From: Paraglomus brasilianum
Lineage: Eukaryota
Assembly: GCA_910592345.1 (NCBI GenBank)
Contig: CAJVPI010000177.1
Coordinates: 1-45,790 of the forward strand
Length of the DNA: 45,790 nucleotides
Direction: 5' to 3'
The position numbers and the translations under genes are program-made. Positions 38,000-45,790 of the stretch are shown here, in pieces. Under the pieces are notes generated by a model. The model saw only the letters and a program-made list of their open reading frames with translations, was not told the origin of the DNA and ran no database searches. Numbering within the stretch: the stretch's first letter is position 1; each line of letters opens with the position of its first letter.

Positions 38000-39960
38000 A
38001 GCCTAAACTTTCGAAGAACTTATTGAAAGGACTTGAAGGGGTATGTGAAGCGGGATTAGTTATGACGTCGACTCGATTACAAGGGGCACCAAGGGTGGTC
38101 ACGGGTGATCTGCAAAGCGGTTTTCCACAAGTCGAAACGATTTTAGTGGGGTAAGGTAAGCATGAAACGGAGTTAATTAGGTATCGTTACATTGTATATG
38201 CTTGCCAAGTTGCACCCTTTGTAGCATCTTAATGAACAAAGAACATCGAAACATCACGTGTTACTAGTATGTGATTTCATATGATAATGTGGGGCATGCT
38301 GCAAGAGCAAAATTTCAGGGGTTCAGCGTTACTAATGCCAGATTTACAAAACGCCACAAGACGCGTCGGGTACTCATTCTATTACTATTATTGACATTCT
38401 TCCCAAAATGGGCTTTTTGACTACGCAAAGTCAGGAAGATCACTCATTTGTTCGATTCGACAGGAAGGGTCTCGGTTACTATTATCTACTGCTATTTATC
38501 TACCGCTGCTAGAGTACTGCTAATTTAGTGGAAAATAGAGCTAAATCATGGCAAAAGAAGATGCTCATGTTTCAGTTTGTTAATTGTGATTCATTTTTAG
38601 GAAAAATATTCTCTTTTGAACTTAATAGGCAATACGTATAATCCAGTTTTTGGTTGAACAGTACCCAGTCAAACATGTGGGCAATGACCCCGAAATATTT
38701 GTGTGGCGTTATTGCCATTTCACACATTCTCATCGTTGCTCATCGTAATAATATAATGTAGGAGGAAGATGAATGACACCATAAAAAGACTTGTAACAGA
38801 AATGGTGCATGATCCATTGTGCGGCTTTCTTTGTTCTTTGCGGCCATTATCATTCTGTCATTTGGCCCACATCTGACAATAGTAAGACCGCCCTTGGAAT
38901 GTACTTGAGGACAATGACAAATGGGAGGGTGAATTCAATTACCAAACTTAATTGACCTGGTGTAGTCGAAATGCACCGACCGGTACACATGTGAGGTCCG
39001 AACCGCTAGTTTTAACTATTCGTCCTGAATGGTTCTTTTGGCAAAACGTCATACTAATACTAACCATACCTCATTAAAGCTTTTGTCTTCTAAATTTACA
39101 TTTATTCGAAAATTCAATCACAATATCAAATGTTTGAGTTATCCAATCTTACGTCTGCACTTCAGTATGAGAGTTCGAAAGCGATACCGACTAGGTGGAG
39201 TGATGCAACATGTTTGAGCAATAAACCTAACTCAACTATAGTTACCTAACTCTTCCGAAACACAAAAATCCTGTAAGCTATAACGAATAACATTACTGAT
39301 AAATAACTTACAAACCCTGTTATGGAAAATAAATGGATGAAGGCTGGCATTCAGCAACTTGCGACTAAATTCGCAACAACTCTTAAACAAACGTTTTCAA
39401 TAAGAGTCTGGAGTCTTTTAAGCACCCCGAACAAGATAAGATACCCTTCTAACGATCAGTGGAAATGTACCCTTAAGACTGATCGTGCTTATTATCAACA
39501 ACGTGAATGTAGGCGGTTCGTTATAATGAAAAGTGATATGAGCTTTTCGCCGAATAAACTATCCTCCCACTTACTGTATTTCTTTGGCCAAAGTATCCGA
39601 TTTTGACATAAGGTGTTCACTAGTACTAACCGTATCTCGTACGACATTGATTTTTTTTTCGAAAATAGTTTACGAGAAATATTTTATATTTAGCACACCT
39701 AGACTTTTTTAGTTACAAAACAAAAGACGAATTAAAATTTAACCTTACTGTTTATTTCAATGTTTGCAAGTAGAAAAGGCTAAATACTTATTAAAGCAAT
39801 TAAAACAAATTTGATATAGTAAAACTGATAAAAGAACAAACAAGATATACGTTATTTACTGCGTCTCACAATGTTAAGCATTAAATCACATGACTCAAAT
39901 ATTCTTGTCACCTGACATACGACATAAAAATTGTGTCTGAAAGTTGTAACCTCAACGAGC

Positions 39961-41519
39961 ATGTCTAACTCCAAGCTCACAGGAATATTTACGACTGAAT
40001 CTGACAAATTAAAGCATTCGATCGCAGGAGCAGTAGCTGGTTGCGTTAGCTCAGTGGTCACCTGTCCTTTGGATGTGGTGAAGACTAGGCTACAGAACCA
40101 AAGGAAAGAAAGGAAAGGGAGTAACAGTGTGCCTTTGTATAAAGGAACTGGCGGTAGCTTGTCAACTTAACTATATGTCGTCCGTCAAGATCGCGCAGCA
40201 CTCTTTGGTCGCAGTTGCTGCAGAAAGAGCATCCATTGATAAAGCAAGACTTCTTTTGTGCGGTCACAGGTACACTGAAACGCATATGGAACGAAGAAGG
40301 GATACGTGGTTTATATCGTGGTCTTGGTCCTACGTTGTATGGCTACCTTCCTACCTGGGCTATCTATTTTAGCGCGTACGACCACTTTAAAAGGGCTTTT
40401 GGAGCAGGTAAATTTTAAGAAATTGATTAATTTACATAGATTTTCATGCCTGTACTGTGTTTGATCGGAACGACCGTAATTTCGTACGGCCTATGGAAAA
40501 TCGCGGGCGCCAGTGGTTGTGGTTTCTCGCGTATCAAAAGACAATAACTTTGTCACAAGCATGTCTTTTCTTCCATTACGACATCAAGGGTGATAGTTTC
40601 TATGTCGGTTAAGACCAGGAATCAATCTCATTTTTATTGTTGCAGTTATGCGGTCTGCAGAATTGATTTGAAATGGCATTCTTTTTAATCGCTGGTTTAA
40701 GAGAAGATTAAACAAAAGATTAAGGCTGACGGAGGCCTCTTTTGCTATGAATATTCTGGTCAGAACGAACAGATCACCAGTCGATGGTTCACATTTTTGC
40801 GGCCATGGGTGCAGGCGCCACGAGTACTGTCGTTACCAATCCATTATGGGTTATTAAGACTCGATTCATGGTAAGCGGTTAGCTATTTAAGGGTGGAGCT
40901 ATTGGCCAAACAGTTTTTCATCAAATGTTTAGATATTCATGCTCATCTTGTTTGTAGACGCAGAATGTCACAAGCACACATAAGTATCACAATACATTCC
41001 ATGCTTTCAAGATTATTCTTCGTACAGAAGGTGTCAGAGGATTCTATAAGGGTCTTGGACCATCTTTAATGGGTGTGAGTCACGTAGCTGTGCAGTTTCC
41101 ATTATATGAGAAGATGAAATTATTGCTTAGTAAGCATCTACATGTCTCGATATAATTCGGCCGTCGTTTTTCGATAGACAATCTAATGTATTAATGTTAC
41201 TTTAGACTCTTCGGATCAAGAGGAGCTTTCGTACCCGGCGATTCTCTTTGCATCTATTGTCTCCAAGATGGCAGCGTCGCTGGCCACTTACCCACACGAA
41301 GTCGTGAGGACCCGTCTCCAAAGTCAATCCACACAACCTCATAGATATCACGGCATGTGTCATGCTGTCAAAGTGATTTACCGGGAAGAGGGTTGGGTAG
41401 CTTTCTACAAAGGGATGAATACGAACTTATTACGAACTGTCCCCGCGAGTGCCTTAACGATACTAACTTACGAGATACTGCTTAGGAGATTGAATGCAGG
41501 GTCTACCAAAGGCGGTTAG
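39961..41519 (+). CDS. NDT1: Mitochondrial carrier (SLC25), Ndt1/Ndt2-like NAD+ transporter; exons ~39961-40153, 40270-40407, 40764-40870, 40958-41129, 41206-41519
   Basis: Three carrier signatures: CPLDVVKTRLQ, NPLWVIKTRFM and YPHEVVRTRLQ. GLGPTLYGYLPTWAIYFSAYD and VSHVAVQFPLYE match the Ndt1/Ndt2 subfamily. Substrate is inferred. Confidence 0.85.
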
Positions 41520-42322
41520 TGACTACCGCGTGGTCAGTACTTAACCTTGGTTCCAACAGGCATGTGGTCGTAGTCAAGGTCAACTCAATTACGGCTGTTG
41601 CACGGCACCTTTGAGCAGAATTGCGTCGTATGGTGACGTGAAGGTGACCAGACTTTATACAATGCCGACAAGGGAAGTAAGCATTGTGAGTTGTAATATC
41701 AATGAATTGAGTCGGGTTTCAGAATTAACTGGTAAACGTGTCATAGATTTAATTTTCAACATTAGAGTGTTTGCAAATAGTTTCTGCTGGATTGACCTTT
41801 AAGGTACAAGTATTTCATGTATGCTCGAGAAATAAAAACGATATTTTGAATAGATATTAATATTAATTTTCTTCCTATTAAATAGTGCTTTTTTGAAGGG
41901 AATAAACTCTGTCACCGTCTCTTCTTTTGATTAAATGGGTTATTGGTCTCAACTTTCAAGAAACCTCCTTATTTATGAAACGATATGTTGCCCATTTTAG
42001 TAAACCGTAAATGGTATATCTTTTTTTTTATATATTATAACCGATTTCAACTTGCCTAGGTTTCAGAACAATTAGTGTGTGCTGAAAAATGTTGGACAAA
42101 CTTCATCACCTCATCTTCAGAATTCAAATTGAATGATTAACATTGAATTTCAAGCCAGTCTTTATTTATCCTTTAAATTATGAACATTTCAATTTCTTTT
42201 CCGTTCAAAAAATTCGAATTAAATGATGATTTTATAATTTATGTATATCCTCACAGTATCAAGTATATGATACAAGAATTGTTAAGTGACTGTCGGTAAT
42301 TCGAAACACATGTCAGATTTTT

Positions 42323-42747
42323 TCATATTACTCTTATATATAGAACAATTTGCAGTATATGAAATGGGCCAGACTGCACAAATGGCCGGTGTGGCTGAGA
42401 AATTACTAATGTAGCCGATGACACTTTTGCGATAGACCGATTTATAACTCGATTCCGCTGGTAAAAATACAAGCGATGGAGTAATGCGATTGACAAGACT
42501 CGATCATCCATGTATTTCAGGAGAAAAATTCTTCACGCTTGTAGCAATCGCGGCACTGCCATTCGTTTTCCAAATAGGTGCGACCTTCATCCATCGCTTT
42601 CAGCTGGGCTATCAAAAATATATATTGTTTGGATCTAGAGAGAGCTTGAAATGCCTCACGTAATTCGGCAAACTCTTCTCTCGGAATCATTTTTGAGCAA
42701 CCACAATTGCAACCTACTGTAACTCCAAGAAACGTATTGCTTGTCAT
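42323..42747 (-). pseudogene. Degenerate TE-like gene relic with a Cys-rich N-terminal block
   Basis: GCNCGCSKMIPREEFAELREAFQALSRSKQYIFLIAQL, then in another frame TPSLVFLPAESSYKSVYRK. Broken by stops and frameshifts. Family is recalled from resemblance only. Confidence 0.4.
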
Positions 42748-45507
42748 ATTTCAGTGGAACCATTATAAACTATCTTTTACAATCTAATATGGTTGTAACG
42801 AATTCTACGGGACTGGAAAAATATTCCTTATAACCAAGGTCTCTTTTTATAGCAAATATATATTCATTTAATAATTGATTTGGAGACAACCTTCATTATA
42901 AACAGATCTTCGTTATAGCCAAAGTGATTAGGCCATAATTTTATAACTTGGAAGTAATTCCTAATTGTTGTTGTAAAGGAAGAAAAGAAGGTTTATTGTT
43001 TATTATTCCTCAAATAAAATGATCTATAGATTTGTTTGGTATGCTTTCTTGTGATTAAAATCTTCATAATGCACTGCAATTATTTAATATATACTTATTG
43101 TTTCTTTGAATTTGTGATTTAAAAGCTCAGTCTATTAGTAAGTGCAGTAATTTGCAACATTCACCTTTTAATTATTTCTTTCGTGTTGACATGCCATTGA
43201 GGCGTTCACTACGCCATCTAAACCTACTACTACTACCACAGATTTTCGATCTCCTCACAAGGTCCCAGTCTTGAACATACCACCTCCTATGATTGAAGAT
43301 GATCTTAGCGATTAATAAACTCTCACCCGAATAATGAACATAGTAATAGTTAATGACTGAATATACAAATAAATTACTCCGATACAAAGTTGTAATGAAA
43401 AATAACCGATCAAAGAGTGTTTATTTTCTTATTTGATATCTGTCTACACATTAATATGTACTTGATGTTAATTAATGTTATACCGCGCATAGATAGTTAC
43501 CAAACATCTTATGTTTCGAGGTAACGAGGTCACAAAATTTTTTGTCTGCAATTAACGTTGATATGAAATTTAGCGTGCCGTATAAATGTCCGTCACCATA
43601 TACGGTACAATATAAAATTTTAGTCTTTTGATCTTGTTTCCTTTTCCCGCAATCAGATCTCCAATATGACTAGGCATGTTATTAATTAAGTTAAGTCGAA
43701 GTAATCTATCACTAATTCCCATTTTTCGTTTATAAAGTTTTTGAAATTGGCTATTTTTTGTAGCAGAGCATTCATTTACCTTATGTTCAACTCTTCTTTT
43801 ATTATTTTCAATTGAATTGAGATCTGGGACTTTTAGAGAGCCAGTCAAGATTTAGACTCAAACTGCCTTAGTAGCAATAATTATTCCAAAGTTAGTTTAC
43901 TTATAATTGATGTAAATTTTATTCTACAAAACGAATGAGAAGCGCGCATAATTAAAAATAGGTCACTTGAGGCCTTAATTGTACAACTAGGCTTAATATT
44001 TACTATATTAATATTGAGCAGAAAATATCTTCCGTATCTTTTCAGCTTATCATAACTATGTACTGTTAATTCATGTCTTTTCTATCCTTGTCAAAATGAA
44101 AATCTTAAAGCCTTACCGTCACATTTGTATGCAGTTGTAGAACAAATTAATTGTGTTCTTGTTAAGGACCCAGTCACTAGTGCTAGTGGGATGACACGAT
44201 TGTGTATATAAAGTAGTTAAACATAAGAAGTACTTAAAGAGTAAACAGAAAGGAAGTGTACGTAATTATTGAAATTTTTGAGTTTTTATGCCGTATATTT
44301 GAGAGTGCAATTATACACGACACTCGAAAAGATTAGTTCTTATTTGAACCTTGGTAAGTTTTGAAGAGCCAGTTATAGTAATAAAACAATAAATAGATTT
44401 TTAGTCATTATTTATTTGCTTGTTTCTATGCATTCATTAACACGCGCAAGTCTTAAGTGACTGTTTTGGAGAAAATCATAGAATCATAATATCAATAATC
44501 AAACCAATTGTAGCACTGTTGAATTCTTGAAATGTGCCAACATGTTTAACACAAAAAACTCTTAATATTTACCTCAAGCGTCAAGAGTATTTTTATATCA
44601 ATTCATAGACCCATGACCTGGCATTTTTTGTTATGAGAATTTTAATAATAGCGTCGTAGTTAAATTGTCAAAGACAAGTTACAAGATAAAAGTACGCGTA
44701 TTAAACCGAACAAAACGCGGGAACGTGAACGGCACTTGTTAAAATACGTACAGCGTAATGTGAGATAGTTTACAATTGAACATAGCTGTTGCATCATTTG
44801 ATGCGGACAAATGTTGCACAGTCATAATTTATTTAATTCCGTAAAATAAAAAAACCAACTTATGGACCACTTACTTCATCAGCTGTCTAAGTAAAATATT
44901 AATACAGCGTGTCATGATGAGCAGAATAACAAATTAGTAAAAATCCCAATAATTTTTTTTTTTTTTTGCTTTAGTGCATATGGAAAATATTGCACACTTT
45001 TATTTAAAGCAGCAATCACCGCTTGGAATGATACGTAGAGTGTCTGAAAAGTTTTGACTATGTATAGTCCCCGTCTCAAAAGTCACCGACCACTCCCTTA
45101 CATTTGCAATTATGTTGGCATAACGAGCAATGTAATCACTGTGAAATAATACTGGATTTAGCGCACATTATAGTAATACATACACAAAAAATTGCGAGAA
45201 CCTATTCGGCCATGTTAAGGGAAACAACCTTCTGCTTCGAAAACATAATTACTCAATTTGATGTTAAGGTTGTATTCGTGTAATGCTATTGGAAAGAAAT
45301 TGGCAGTTTAAATTAACCAAGTTATTCCTTAGGAACCCGATCGAAAACTTGTTAAACTGCAAATAAACCGTGATTACAAGCTTATTCGAGAGTTTGAGTC
45401 ACTAAATTATAGAGCAATGGATCATATTAATATTGTAAATTGACTTCATTTATATCAACATGTAACCAGATGCTGTCTCCATACCTGCAGCTGAATCCAA
45501 ATCGTAG

Positions 45508-45790
45508 CTATTTCTCATCTCCGGTAGTAGTAGGTAAGAACGTATTAGAATATTCACTCTCCTTCTCGAGACGTGATAAGGATTTTACATCATTATAATA
45601 AACGGAATTCCACATGTTGTCATCATAACTGATCTTTCCAGTAAGCTTGTCGATACCACTCACAAGTGTCGATGAATCTGGACGCTTATCAGGATCAACA
45701 TCACAACACCGCCCGGCAAGTTTCTTGTATTCCTCTGGTGCGGAATCAGGCATCGGTGGTCGTAGTCCATCCATAATCTCGCGTATTAAA
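45508..45790 (-). CDS. 3' end of a tyrosine-kinase-like (TKL) protein kinase, partial at window edge, possibly pseudogenised
   Basis: LIREIMDGLRPPMPDSAPEEYKKLAGRCCDVDPDKRP corresponds to kinase subdomains X-XI. This family is known to be expanded in AM fungi. Confidence 0.8.
   Translation of the reverse strand, partial: LIREIMDGLRPPMPDSAPEEYKKLAGRCCDVDPDKRPDSSTLVSGIDKLTGKISYDDNMWNSVYYNDVKSLSRLEKESEYSNTFLPTTTGDEK

Noticed and set aside
39029..39606. Short ORFs between LIC and the carrier gene
   Set aside because: No recognisable domains or consistent exon structure.
43172..43848. Minus-strand ORFs of 71 and 92 aa
   Set aside because: No motifs; possibly relics but not assignable.

Overview
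Intron-rich nuclear DNA from an early-diverging fungus, most likely Glomeromycota (arbuscular mycorrhizal). This is inferred from the short introns, a retained ROD/KNTC1 gene, a TKL-type kinase and pogo relics. Left to right: a CpG-depleted gene relic; a decayed pogo/DDE_1 transposase; an intronless GT23/FUT8-like glycosyltransferase with eroded donor-binding motifs; a ~9.5 kb multi-exon ROD/KNTC1 kinetochore gene; a ~10 kb repeat-rich non-coding stretch; a StuA/Efg1/Sok2-class APSES transcription factor; RPB2; dynein light intermediate chain; an Ndt1-like mitochondrial carrier; TE-like relics; and the 3' end of a protein kinase. The protein-coding content is mostly ordinary. The most unusual signals are non-coding: (1) scrambled, partly inverted fragments of bacterial/organellar-type tRNA-Lys(UUU) and tRNA-Leu between the APSES gene and RPB2; (2) a multi-stem element with mutually exclusive pairings in the long intron of the NAD+ carrier; (3) a ~260 nt structured, possibly pseudoknotted element in the APSES upstream region; (4) an H/ACA-like hairpin bracketed by 12-bp direct repeats in RPB2 intron 1. 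All exon boundaries and RNA structures were read by eye and need computational confirmation. I cannot establish a new biological system from the sequence alone.
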